A stretch of DNA of 64,000 nt. It comes from Candidatus Omnitrophota bacterium. GTDB taxonomy: Bacteria > Omnitrophota > Gorgyraeia > Gorgyraeales > Gorgyraeaceae. Positions within the stretch are counted from its first letter, which is position 1. Each line of letters starts with the position of its first letter. Made by a program: the position numbers and the translations under genes. The stretch covers positions 2,620-66,619 of the forward strand of contig JAUSEX010000031.1 in NCBI GenBank assembly GCA_030649895.1, read 5' to 3'. Of this stretch, positions 9,161 through 18,958 are shown in pieces. The notes beneath the pieces are model-generated. The model was not told the DNA's origin and made no database searches. It worked only from the letters and a program-made list of their open reading frames with translations.

Positions 9161-10387
9161 ATGCCATTTTTCAGGTACATGGCCAGGGATAAGTCCGGTA
9201 AATTAATAGATGAAAGAGTGGAAATCAAGAGCGAAGAAGACCTGGTTAATAGTTTGCAGGCAAGGGGCCTTATAGTTATATCGATCGGGCCTGCTTCTGA
9301 AGTCAAGGTAAAGAAAAAGGGAGATATGAGGAAATATCACAAAGCAGTCAAGCCTCATGACCTTATAATGTTTTCAAGAGAACTGGCAACGCTTTTGGGC
9401 GCAGGCGTAACGCTCATAAAGAGTTTGGAGATATTATGCAAGCAGATAGAATCCCAGACTCTTCTCAAGACCGTAGAGCAGATAAAAAAAGATGTAGAAG
9501 GCGGTTATACTTTTCAAAGCGCTTTAAAAAAGCACGATAAGATATTTTCTAATTTCTGGATAAATCTGGTAGAAACAGGAGAGGCATCAGGCCACCTTCC
9601 TTTAAGCCTTGACCAAGTTGCTGCTTACCTGGAAGAGAATGCAGAATTGAAAAGAAAAATCATGTCAGCGCTCATGTATCCTCTTGTATTGGTGGTTGTG
9701 GCAACAGGCGCGATAGCGGTGTTTTTGATTAAGATAATTCCTGTATTTTCTGAGATATTTAAAGGTTTTGATGTGGAATTGCCGGTTCTTACGCAGATAG
9801 TTATTAGCGTAAGCAATATAGCGAGAAAATATTTTCTTGTTGTAATAGTAGCAGTCGTAGTGATAGTTGTTGTTATGAAAAAATATATATCTACTGATAA
9901 AGGGAGGTGGCAGTTTGACAGTATTATGATTAAGATACCTGTTGTAGGCCAGCTGATTCAGGAGATAGCTACGGAGCGGTTTGCAAGCGGCTTAGGCACG
10001 CTTATTAAAAGCGGGGTTCCTATATTACATGCGCTTGAAATATCCGAAAAAACAGCAGGTAATAAAATAATGGAAAAAGAGCTTAAGGAAGTCAGGATGG
10101 CTGTAAAAGAAGGCAAGGGAATGGGTAAGACCATGCAAAACAGCAGCTTGTTTTCTCCTCTTGTAATCCAAATGATAAGCGTAGGAGAAGAAATAGGAGA
10201 ATTGGGTAAAATGCTGGATAGGGTTTCCGTGTTTTATAAAGAAAGAGTGAATACATTTATTTCGAGGGTTACTACAATGTTTGAACCTATAATTCTAGTT
10301 TTCATGGGTATTGTAGTAGGCATTTTAGTGGTAGCGATGTTTATGCCTATATTCAGTTTGTCCAGCGCTGTAAAGGCGTCTGGTTAA
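9161..10387 (+). CDS. pilC: Type IV pilus platform protein PilC/GspF
   Basis: FSRELATLLGAGV, GEASGHL, SALMYP, GEEIGEL, EPIIL...AMFMPIF. Confidence 0.95.
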   Translation: MPFFRYMARDKSGKLIDERVEIKSEEDLVNSLQARGLIVISIGPASEVKVKKKGDMRKYHKAVKPHDLIMFSRELATLLGAGVTLIKSLEILCKQIESQTLLKTVEQIKKDVEGGYTFQSALKKHDKIFSNFWINLVETGEASGHLPLSLDQVAAYLEENAELKRKIMSALMYPLVLVVVATGAIAVFLIKIIPVFSEIFKGFDVELPVLTQIVISVSNIARKYFLVVIVAVVVIVVVMKKYISTDKGRWQFDSIMIKIPVVGQLIQEIATERFASGLGTLIKSGVPILHALEISEKTAGNKIMEKELKEVRMAVKEGKGMGKTMQNSSLFSPLVIQMISVGEEIGELGKMLDRVSVFYKERVNTFISRVTTMFEPIILVFMGIVVGILVVAMFMPIFSLSSAVKASG

Positions 10388-10401
10388 TATAGATAATTTA
10401 T

Positions 10402-10429
10402 TTGACTTCTATTATTTATAATGTATAAT
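10402..10429 (+). promoter_or_regulatory. Sigma70-type promoter for pilin genes
   Basis: TTGACT-16 bp-TATAAT upstream of first pilin. Confidence 0.5.
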
Positions 10430-10484
10430 TAAATAATAGAAAATGTAGCCTGATCGGGGCGAATATACAAAAAAAGGGGGGAAA

Positions 10485-10850
10485 ATGAATAAAAAAGGTT
10501 TTACGCTTGTAGAAGTGCTGATAGTTGTCATAATTATAGGTATCCTTTCTGCTATAGGTATACCTCAATTTGCGGCATCTATTGAAAAAGCAAAAGGCGG
10601 AGAAGCAAGGGCAGGCCTAGGCCACATTCAGACAGGTGAAAAAGTATATTTTGCTGAAAGCGAATATTATACAACCGTTTTAAGTGACCTTGATATAACT
10701 TTAAGTCAGCAATACTGGACTTTTACTATAGCTACGCTTAGTTCTACAACCTATACGGCAACTGCTACAAGGTCGGGCGGAACACATACCGGCGAGACTT
10801 TGACTATGGATCAGGCTGGAACAATTTCCGGAGACTGGGAATATAGATAG
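10485..10850 (+). CDS. Type IV pilin (PilE/PilA-like)
   Basis: KKG|FTLVEVLIVVIIIGIL N-methylation motif. Confidence 0.93.
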   Translation: MNKKGFTLVEVLIVVIIIGILSAIGIPQFAASIEKAKGGEARAGLGHIQTGEKVYFAESEYYTTVLSDLDITLSQQYWTFTIATLSSTTYTATATRSGGTHTGETLTMDQAGTISGDWEYR

Positions 10851-10916
10851 TTAGATCTTCTTTGTAGTATAATATTGCTTTAGGGCGACTACATAAATTA
10901 AAAAAGGAGAGCAAAG

Positions 10917-11342
10917 ATGCATAAAAAAGGGTTTACTCTTCTAGAGGTGCTTATAGTTGTTATAATTATAGGCATTCTTGCTGCTATAGCATTGCCGCAA
11001 TATACGGCAACTATAGAAAAAAGCAGGTCTGCTGAAGCAGCTTCAAATATTGGAGCTCTTAGGACAGCTGTAGATAGGTATTGGTATCAAAACAATGCTT
11101 CTGATCCTACGAATACTGACTTGGATAAGTTAGATATAGATAACCCGAATAACGTTATCGGTAAACTATACACTTATTCAATCTCATCCAATACCAGCAC
11201 TGCTTCTACAAGAACGTATACTATACTTGCTACACGCACTTCTTCTGGTGGAACTACCTATACAGTTCAATGGGTGCAGACAAATAATAATACAGGCAAC
11301 CTTTACAGAAGCGCTAATCTTGGCGGTCCTGTGGCGCCCTGA
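10917..11342 (+). CDS. Type IV pilin
   Basis: KKG|FTLLEVLIVVIIIGILAAIALPQY. Confidence 0.93.
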   Translation: MHKKGFTLLEVLIVVIIIGILAAIALPQYTATIEKSRSAEAASNIGALRTAVDRYWYQNNASDPTNTDLDKLDIDNPNNVIGKLYTYSISSNTSTASTRTYTILATRTSSGGTTYTVQWVQTNNNTGNLYRSANLGGPVAP

Positions 11343-11375
11343 TACTATGTTGCGGCAGGCAATGTTTCATATGTA

Positions 11376-11429
11376 AAAAAAGGCTCTATGTTTTTGGAGT
11401 TTTTGATTGTCGTTATAATTAACGGGTAA
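11376..11429 (+). pseudogene. Degenerate prepilin N-terminus remnant
   Basis: Reads KKGSMFLEFLIVVIING* versus neighbour KKGFTLLEVLIVVIIIG; no usable start, early stop. Confidence 0.6.
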
Positions 11430-11573
11430 TAATTTTACATTGCTTGATACAGATAGCCCAAATGGTATAGTAAACAAAGTTTAAGTATTTTTTTCGGATA
11501 ACGAATATTAAGCGCTCAAAGAAAATATAGTTTTACAGCAACGCGGATAGGGAGTGCCGGTACGAGAAAATAT

Positions 11574-11990
11574 ATGTTATCCAAAAAACGTAAAGTTGCT
11601 TTTACTCTTACAGAAATATTGATAGTTGTTATTATTATTGGAATACTTGCCACGCTTGCCCTTCCTATGCTTGTCAAAACGCTTGAAAAGGCAAAGGTAG
11701 GAGAGGCGATGAGCAATTTGAATCTTATCAGGACAGGCCAGAAGATATATTTTTTAGAATGCAACCAATTTGCCCCAAGTATAGATAATTTGAATATAGA
11801 AAACCCAAATGATGCCTCGTCCCGTTATTTTTATTACGATCTAGACGCTACGGTACCTGTAGGAACTGATTTTAAGGCTAAGGCAACAAGAGGCGGAAGC
11901 GGGGCTACAGGTGCGTCTGAGCCTTATCAAGATGACGAATATTATATCCAAAAAGACGGCACTATTCACGGAAGATTTGCAAGTCCCTAA
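11574..11990 (+). CDS. Type IV pilin
   Basis: KVA|FTLTEILIVVIIIGILATLALP (Ala at -1); shares LNIENPN with LDIDNPN of previous pilin. Confidence 0.9.
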   Translation: MLSKKRKVAFTLTEILIVVIIIGILATLALPMLVKTLEKAKVGEAMSNLNLIRTGQKIYFLECNQFAPSIDNLNIENPNDASSRYFYYDLDATVPVGTDFKAKATRGGSGATGASEPYQDDEYYIQKDGTIHGRFASP

Positions 11991-11992
11991 AA

Positions 11993-12412
11993 ATGGCATT
12001 ATTCTCAGAAGAGTTACCCTCCTATCCTGAAATCACAAAGATATTGAGTAAGAGAGGCTTTACTCTAACAGAAGTGATTGTTTCTACGCTTGTTTTAGCA
12101 ATGCTCGCTGCGGGTGTAGCTAGCGCGTTTTGGGGCGCGCAACACTTGCTTAATCGCACAAGACATAGGACACAGGCATATAATTTTGCAGTAGAGGCCA
12201 TAGATAGATTGAGGAGTAATTATCAATATTCCTCGGATCCGGCTATGAATATAAGCAATGATCATGACCAGTCAGAGATAGATTCAGAGGGGATATTAAA
12301 AGGAGAGATTGCTGATCTTGGCGGGACGCTTAAATATGATATTGCAGAACTTCAGTCTAACGGGTATAAGCAGGTTAATATTAAGGTGCATTGGGATGAG
12401 CCGGCTTTTTAA
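11993..12412 (+). CDS. Minor pilin (PilV/GspI-like)
   Basis: RG|FTLTEVIVS, KQVNIKVHW C-terminus; true start may be closer to the cleavage motif. Confidence 0.85.
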   Translation: MALFSEELPSYPEITKILSKRGFTLTEVIVSTLVLAMLAAGVASAFWGAQHLLNRTRHRTQAYNFAVEAIDRLRSNYQYSSDPAMNISNDHDQSEIDSEGILKGEIADLGGTLKYDIAELQSNGYKQVNIKVHWDEPAF

Positions 12413-12929
12413 AAAGAAATCAGGTCTGACAATAGTGGAGCTGATGATGGCCACGCTCCTTATGAGCATGGTGTTTTTAGCGGTATCCAGTATTTATGTC
12501 GCAAGCCAGAGATTTTATCTTACTTCAAGCAATAAGGTCATCATAAGTAATGAGGTGCAGTATGCGATACAACATATATATAAATATACTATGATGGCTA
12601 TGGGAGATAAAAATACAGCCTCTTTTCAAATAACCGGCGCAACCCAGCTTGACATCAGCATAAATGATAGCAATCCTCTTACAAGCGCTAATTATAGCAG
12701 CGGAGTGGAAAATTATAGATACCGCTATGACGCTGTAACTAAAAAGATATTTTTTCAAGTTGGTTCCGGAGGAGAAGAAGATCTGATCCCGAAGGTGAAT
12801 GTTACCGAGGTTAATTTTACAAAAACAGAAAATACTCTGACAGGTTATATAAAAGCTTATTACACAGATCCTACTCAGATCCTTACTTTTTATTTTGGCT
12901 GTTATCCCCGCCTGGCAAGCTTCAATTGA
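12396..12929 (+). CDS. Minor pilin (PilW/GspJ-like)
   Basis: KKSG|LTIVELMMA; ATG 12396 preferred over ORF-track start. Confidence 0.85.
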   Translation: MSRLFKKKSGLTIVELMMATLLMSMVFLAVSSIYVASQRFYLTSSNKVIISNEVQYAIQHIYKYTMMAMGDKNTASFQITGATQLDISINDSNPLTSANYSSGVENYRYRYDAVTKKIFFQVGSGGEEDLIPKVNVTEVNFTKTENTLTGYIKAYYTDPTQILTFYFGCYPRLASFN

Positions 12930-13232
12930 TGGTCTCTGCGCAGTATTTTACATTGTAAGCTAGCCTGTTTTTTTGGTCGGCCATTTGACACTGAAAAATT
13001 TTTCCGTCTACCATGATTTACAGCTTGTTTCGTTTTATTATATAGAAATATTTCAAATGTGCCTAAGACCTTGGCTTGTAGGCAGGCAATAAGATAAAGT
13101 TATTTCCAATGCAGCTTAAAAATGGTATAATTAATACTTTAGAATATTATAAGGTCTTTCAGCGCCTACAATGTTTCTGTTCGTCATATTGTTTAGCGGT
13201 ACTTCAAGATCAAATTTTGCTTCGCAAAATTT

Positions 13233-13308
13233 GGGCCTGTAGCTCAGCTGGGAGAGCGCTTCGTTCGCAACGAAGAGGTCAGCGGTTCGATCCCGCTCAG
13301 GTCCACCA
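13233..13308 (+). tRNA. tRNA-Ala(CGC)
   Basis: Cloverleaf, anticodon arm CTTCG-TT CGC AA-CGAAG, GGTTCGATCC, G3:U70, CCA end. Confidence 0.95.
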
Positions 13309-13524
13309 ATTCTGCGTCGAAGGCAGAATTAATCTTGAGCAAGTCAAAAATTCTACAAATAGGAGAATTTTTGACGAAGCGAAAGACCTTTGCGGATCTA
13401 TGAAAGGTCCTTCAGTAGCTAAAATGCGCGCTTTGCTCGCATTTTTGACGTTGCTTCAGAATAGAATTTGCTTTGCGAATTCTATTCTATCTCGCTCATG
13501 TTCACCAAAGCATAAGGAGATTTC

Positions 13525-14250
13525 ATGCGCTTTTACGTTCCCCCTGGCTCAATATTCCCGTCAAAAAAATTAATACAGATAAAAGATAAGACAGAAGTTC
13601 ATCATATTCGCGATGTCATGCGCCTTAAAAAATGGGATATTGTGGATATCTTTGATGGCGAAGGCAAGGAATTCTCATGTTTTATTGAAGAGGTGAAAAA
13701 AGAAGAAGTTATTATAAAAATCAAAGAAGAACTAACCCCTAAATCTGATACGCCCTTTAATGTCACTTTGTATCAGGCTGTTCCTAAAAAAACCAAAATG
13801 GATTTTATAGTGGAAAAGACTGTAGAATTAGGCGTGGGTCGGATAGTCCCCTTAATAACTGACAGGACAGTGCCTGATATGAAGGATTTTACTAAAAAAG
13901 TGGAAAGATGGAAAAGGATAGCTATGGCCAGCTCTAAGCAATGTGGCAGGCGTATTCTGCCTGTCATTTCAGATGTTACGGATTTTAAAAGCGCCTTAAT
14001 GGATTCAAAACAAAAAGATTTAGCAATTTTTGCCAGTCTGGATAAAGAAACTAAGTCTTTAAAGAATATATTAAGAGGAATAGCGCAGAAAAATATAGCG
14101 GTATTTATAGGTCCTGAAGGGGATTTTAGCCCAAGAGAGGTATCTATGGCTAAGGAAAGCGGATGTGATCTGTGTTCGCTGGGCAGACTTGTCCTTAAAT
14201 CAGAGACAGCGGCTATCTATATATTGTCATGCTTATCATATGAAGCGTAA
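13525..14250 (+). CDS. rsmE: 16S rRNA m3U1498 methyltransferase RsmE
   Basis: HHIRDVMRL, EKTVELGV, KQCGR, FIGPEGDFS, LGRLVLKSETA. Confidence 0.95.
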   Translation: MRFYVPPGSIFPSKKLIQIKDKTEVHHIRDVMRLKKWDIVDIFDGEGKEFSCFIEEVKKEEVIIKIKEELTPKSDTPFNVTLYQAVPKKTKMDFIVEKTVELGVGRIVPLITDRTVPDMKDFTKKVERWKRIAMASSKQCGRRILPVISDVTDFKSALMDSKQKDLAIFASLDKETKSLKNILRGIAQKNIAVFIGPEGDFSPREVSMAKESGCDLCSLGRLVLKSETAAIYILSCLSYEA

Positions 14251-15940
14251 TAAAATAGTTACGGTGCTAAATAGAGATTGGATTATATTCTTTATTTTTT
14301 TAGCGGCCATTTCAATAAGAGTTCTTTATGTCTTCCAGATTTTACAGTTCCCGCTTACGGAATATTTTATTAAATCATATACTTTTGATCAGTATACTTA
14401 TAATACCAGCGCAATAAAAATCATGTCAGAAGGATGGATAGGCTCGCAGGTTTTTGCCAAAGAGCCACTTTATCCGTATTTTCTGGCGATTATATATAAA
14501 ATATTCGGATATAGCCATATTCCTGTATATATAATTCAAACAATCTTTACGTCGTTAGGCGCGCTGTTTTTATGCAGAATAGCGACTATTCTTTTTAATA
14601 AGCTGACGGGCTATATAACGGCGTTTATTTTCGCGTTCTATTCACTATCCATTTATTACGATGCGCTCCTTTTAAGAGAAAGCTTTATTGCATCATTAGG
14701 TATTTTCTTATTGTACATAATATTGAAAGCAGAAATTAAGAATAAGGCTGGTCCCTGGTTTTTAGCAGGCATAACGCTAGGCTTTCTGATGATAACGAGG
14801 CATAATATGTTATTTCCGTTTATATTGATTTATATATTTACGGCGAAGAAACCTTTTAGTCGGGCATTCAGATTCGCTTTGATATTTACCGCGGGTTTTT
14901 TTATAATAATCATGCCTGTATTAATAAGAAATTATGCTGTTTCCGGAGGTGAATATATAGGGATCTCAAAAGAGGTTAATGCATTTTGGGTAGGCAATAA
15001 TCCAACTGCGTCAGGCGTAGATGTGGATTGGTCTAAGGAGTATGAATACCTTAATAGTAAAGCAGGAGGAAATACGCTCAAAACAGCTGTTGTTTTTTTT
15101 GAAGAGATAAAAAAGAGACCGGATGCGTACATCAGGCTGTATCTCAGGAAGGCATGGATGTTCTTTAACGGATACGAAGCGCCTTCTAACACGAATTATT
15201 ATATTTACAGGGAAGAGTTTCCCACTGCATTGCGATGGCCGCTATTTAGTTTTCAATTTGTCTGCGCTCTTGGCATACTAGGCGTATTCTTGAGTCTATT
15301 TATGAAGCCTGCCAGGCCTTATATAGCATATATTTTTTTCTTAGTCCTTAGTGTCTCAGTCATATTATTCCATATTCAAGACAGGTTTAGACTGGTGGTC
15401 GTTCCATTTTTCATCATATTTGCCTCGTATTCAATTTATATTATCATACAGGGCATTAGAAACAGCGCATACCTGAAACCGGCTATTGGTATAATAATCT
15501 CGGTATTTCTATATATTCTCATAAGACCTGACCTTACATACGGAGGCTTCAGAACAGGGCAGAGTAAAATCAGGCCTAATGACAGGACCAATCTCGCGCT
15601 ATCCTATGTAAACGCTTATGAGAAAGAAAAGAGCAGCAATTTATTGAAACTTGCTTTCAGGCAGTGCAACCTGGCGCTAAAGGAAGCAAATAGTTTTTAT
15701 GTGCCATACCTCATAAAAGGCCGGGTATATTTTTTAGAAGGCAGATTAATAAGTTCAATAAATGAGTATAAAAAAGCCGTTATATACAATAATCGCAATC
15801 CATTTTTATATAATGAACTGGCAGGCGTCTATTATGCCAGAGGCGCTTATTGGAAATCTTTTTTATGCATAAAACGTGCATTACATCTTTATCCTGGGAA
15901 TAAAGGTTTTGAAAAAAATTTATCTCTAATACATTTATGA
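14240..15940 (+). CDS. GT-C (ArnT/PMT-like, family 39) membrane glycosyltransferase with C-terminal TPRs
   Basis: Many TM helices, PLYPYFLA, RNY..SG, FWVGNNP, RFRL motif, TPRs; ATG 14240 overlaps rsmE stop. Confidence 0.8.
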   Translation: MKRNKIVTVLNRDWIIFFIFLAAISIRVLYVFQILQFPLTEYFIKSYTFDQYTYNTSAIKIMSEGWIGSQVFAKEPLYPYFLAIIYKIFGYSHIPVYIIQTIFTSLGALFLCRIATILFNKLTGYITAFIFAFYSLSIYYDALLLRESFIASLGIFLLYIILKAEIKNKAGPWFLAGITLGFLMITRHNMLFPFILIYIFTAKKPFSRAFRFALIFTAGFFIIIMPVLIRNYAVSGGEYIGISKEVNAFWVGNNPTASGVDVDWSKEYEYLNSKAGGNTLKTAVVFFEEIKKRPDAYIRLYLRKAWMFFNGYEAPSNTNYYIYREEFPTALRWPLFSFQFVCALGILGVFLSLFMKPARPYIAYIFFLVLSVSVILFHIQDRFRLVVVPFFIIFASYSIYIIIQGIRNSAYLKPAIGIIISVFLYILIRPDLTYGGFRTGQSKIRPNDRTNLALSYVNAYEKEKSSNLLKLAFRQCNLALKEANSFYVPYLIKGRVYFLEGRLISSINEYKKAVIYNNRNPFLYNELAGVYYARGAYWKSFLCIKRALHLYPGNKGFEKNLSLIHL

Positions 15941-17982
15941 AGATTATCGCTAGAACTCATATATTATTTATAGCGCTTATTATAGTAATAGTATTTTCTA
16001 GCTCCCTGAAGAATAATTTTGCGTGGGATGATAAGTTTTTGATAGTGAATAACCCTAATATAAAAGATTTAGCCTGCATACCAAAGATATTTAATAATCA
16101 ATTATATGAAGGCGACGGGATGCATAGTAATTTCTACAGGCCTATCCAGCTTCTTTCTTTCATGGCAGATTATCGTATATGGAAACTTAATCCATTTGGA
16201 TACCATCTTACAAGTTTATTGCTGCATATATTCAATTCAGCGTTGGTATATCTTATTGTATTTGCTATCAGTTTATCCCCATATATGGCTTTCATCACAG
16301 GTTCTTTGTTTGGAATCGCTCCTGCTATATCAGGCATTGTATTTTATATACCAGCAAGGTCTGATTTATTAATGGCTTTATTTTTATTTCTATCTGTGTG
16401 GTTTCTTATCAAATATAGACAGAAAGGTAAAGGCATGCTATATGTGTTATCCATCGTTTCATTCGTACTGTCGCTTTTATGCAAAGAAATGGCAATGATG
16501 TTGCCGTTGTTATTATTGTTAATAGAATTAAGCGCAGGTAGTGGTAACGATCGCCCCATGCCACGCTTTAAATATCTAGTGCCTTACCTGGCAATAGTAC
16601 TAACATATGCCTTACTCAGGGTCACTATATTTAATTTTGCAAAAGGGACTAACTTTATCATAGACTTAAGTTTTTCTGCTACTTTACCGTTATGGGTACG
16701 CCTTTTAACGGATTTTAAGATAATATTTTTATATATGAAGATATTAATATTGCCTTTTGGGCTGCATATGGAATGGTTTATAGAGCCTGTTAGAAATGTA
16801 TTTCATTCAGGCATATTGCCATACATAGCCGGGTTTATTCTTGTGATATTAGGCCTTAAAAAAATAGCCAGTAAAAATAAACTTGTTCTATTTGGTAGTT
16901 TGTGGTTTTTATTCGCATTATTGCCTGTTCTGAATATATATCCCATATCGGTACTTTTTGGAGAGGGCTGGCTTTATGTGCCATCAGTAGGCTTTTTTAT
17001 TGTTTTCAGCGCCATTTTTCAGGATATTATAAGGCTCAAGCTGGGAAAAATATTCAGTGGAATCTTAGTTGCGTTGTTCTTAGTTTATTATGCATTTTTT
17101 ACTATTTTTTACGGATCAGTATGGAAAGATTCCGTGAGCGTGTTTAGCAACGTATTGAAATACGAAAAAAATAGCCCTTTTATTTATCTTACCTATAACA
17201 ATCTAGGAATGGCATATTATGATAAAGGGGATTTTACAAGGTCTATCGAATATTGCAAGAAAAGCATATCTTTAAACCCGAAATATTTTGAAGCTTATAA
17301 TAACTTAGGCGTTGCTTATGTCGCTACAGGTAAAACCGTAAGAGCCATGGAATCTTTTAAAAAGGCTATTAGATTAAAAAAGGATTTTGTATCCAGTTAT
17401 TGTAATCTGGGCCATTTGTATGCTTTTATAGGTTTTGAAGATAAAGCTGTGGAGATTTTAAACGCAGCAATAAAGATAGACCCAAATTCTTACAGGGCAT
17501 ATTGCAATCTAGGGTATGTGTATACGGAGAAAGGCGACATGACTAAAGCAGAAGAGTTCTTTAAAAAAGCCAGCCAGCTAAGAGAAGGAGATTATGAGCT
17601 GCATTACTGTTTGGGCACCGTGTATATAAAAAATAAAAATTATAAGAAAGCCCTAGATGAATATAAAAAGGCATTGGGGCTTAGATTATGCGATTTTGAG
17701 ATTTATAATAAATTAGGTTTTGCTTATATAAAGAACGGCAGATTTAAAGAGGCCGAGGCCGCGTTCAGGCATTCATTGGCATTGAATAAAGAACAGAGTG
17801 AGCCGTATAATAATTTAGGTAATCTTTATGCTGTGTTTGGCTATTTTGGTTTAGCTATTCATGAGTATAGGGAGGCTTTAAAAGTGGGATCGGTAGATAA
17901 GAAAATAGTCGATAATATTAATAAAGCAAAATCCGGATGGAAGCGAGCGTTAACGAAGCATAAAGCGAAGAGTATAAAATAA
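15937..17982 (+). CDS. TMTC-like GT-C membrane protein with long TPR tail
   Basis: FAWDD..I..NP, FYRP, GYHLTSLLLH, ARSDLL, LLCKE motifs; multiple YNNLG TPRs. Confidence 0.85.
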   Translation: MKIIARTHILFIALIIVIVFSSSLKNNFAWDDKFLIVNNPNIKDLACIPKIFNNQLYEGDGMHSNFYRPIQLLSFMADYRIWKLNPFGYHLTSLLLHIFNSALVYLIVFAISLSPYMAFITGSLFGIAPAISGIVFYIPARSDLLMALFLFLSVWFLIKYRQKGKGMLYVLSIVSFVLSLLCKEMAMMLPLLLLLIELSAGSGNDRPMPRFKYLVPYLAIVLTYALLRVTIFNFAKGTNFIIDLSFSATLPLWVRLLTDFKIIFLYMKILILPFGLHMEWFIEPVRNVFHSGILPYIAGFILVILGLKKIASKNKLVLFGSLWFLFALLPVLNIYPISVLFGEGWLYVPSVGFFIVFSAIFQDIIRLKLGKIFSGILVALFLVYYAFFTIFYGSVWKDSVSVFSNVLKYEKNSPFIYLTYNNLGMAYYDKGDFTRSIEYCKKSISLNPKYFEAYNNLGVAYVATGKTVRAMESFKKAIRLKKDFVSSYCNLGHLYAFIGFEDKAVEILNAAIKIDPNSYRAYCNLGYVYTEKGDMTKAEEFFKKASQLREGDYELHYCLGTVYIKNKNYKKALDEYKKALGLRLCDFEIYNKLGFAYIKNGRFKEAEAAFRHSLALNKEQSEPYNNLGNLYAVFGYFGLAIHEYREALKVGSVDKKIVDNINKAKSGWKRALTKHKAKSIK

Positions 17983-17986
17983 AGGC

Positions 17987-18958
17987 TTGAAAATGGAAAA
18001 ACCTTTTGTTTCGGTTGTAATACCAACTTTTAATTCTGCGTCAACGCTTAGCCTGACAATTAAGGCATGCCTAGATCAGGATTATCCTAAAGATAGATTT
18101 GAGATAATAGTCATAGACGATGGCTCATGCGATAATACGAAAGATGTTGTAGCGGAGTTTAGGATAAAGTATCTATATCAGAAGAAAAGTGGGCCTGCTT
18201 TAGCCAGGAATAATGGCTGGAGGAATTCAAAAGGCGACGCAATATGTTTTACTGATGCGGATTGTATACCTGACGGAGACTGGGTTTCAAAATTAGCCCA
18301 GCATTATAATATGAATGACGTAGGGGCCGTGGCAGGTAGTTATAGCGTGCATGGCTCACCTTATCTGCTGGATAAATTTGTTCATTATGAGATACAGGAT
18401 AGGCATTCAAGGATGCCTGAACATATAAGTTCTTTTGGCACTTATAATGTAATGATTAAAAGGGTTGTTCTTGAGGTTACGGGCGGATTTAATCCCGAGT
18501 ATTATAATGCAAGCGGAGAAGATACCGACCTTTCCTATAGGATAACAGGAGCAGGCTATAGGATATATTTTGCAAAGGATGCCTTTGTGAGCCATAAAAA
18601 CATATTAAGGCTCTGGAAGTATCTTTTTGTTCAGTTCAGGCATAGTTACTGGAGGATGAAACTTTACAGGGGAAATGCCCATATGATAGTTAAAGATAGA
18701 TATGGTTATTGGAAAGATTTTCTGGAAGCGTTACTGGTAATGACATTGATTAGTTCTTTGTTTTTTAATTTTGGTTATAGGGCCATGTTAATAGCTGCGC
18801 TTTTTTTGATTCAATTACCAGTAGTTTTTAAGATTTTTTTTCAAGGCAAGAGTATTTTGTATCTAAGTTTTTCGCTAGTTACTTTTATCCGCGCTTTTAT
18901 TCGCATTGTAGGAGGCATATTTGGGTTTATCAAGTTCTGGATTTTCCGCATGGGATGA
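17987..18958 (+). CDS. Glycosyltransferase family 2
   Basis: VSVVIPTFN, IDDGS, GPALARN, FTDADC, GEDTDL. Confidence 0.92.
   Translation: MKMEKPFVSVVIPTFNSASTLSLTIKACLDQDYPKDRFEIIVIDDGSCDNTKDVVAEFRIKYLYQKKSGPALARNNGWRNSKGDAICFTDADCIPDGDWVSKLAQHYNMNDVGAVAGSYSVHGSPYLLDKFVHYEIQDRHSRMPEHISSFGTYNVMIKRVVLEVTGGFNPEYYNASGEDTDLSYRITGAGYRIYFAKDAFVSHKNILRLWKYLFVQFRHSYWRMKLYRGNAHMIVKDRYGYWKDFLEALLVMTLISSLFFNFGYRAMLIAALFLIQLPVVFKIFFQGKSILYLSFSLVTFIRAFIRIVGGIFGFIKFWIFRMG

Noticed and set aside
11340-11429. Selenocysteine or stop readthrough joining pilin 2 to the in-frame stub
   Set aside because: No convincing SECIS-like hairpin, and a pilin leader at a C-terminus makes no functional sense.
13109-13573. 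154-aa ORF
   Set aside because: Spans tRNA-Ala and its structured flanks; no protein-like features.
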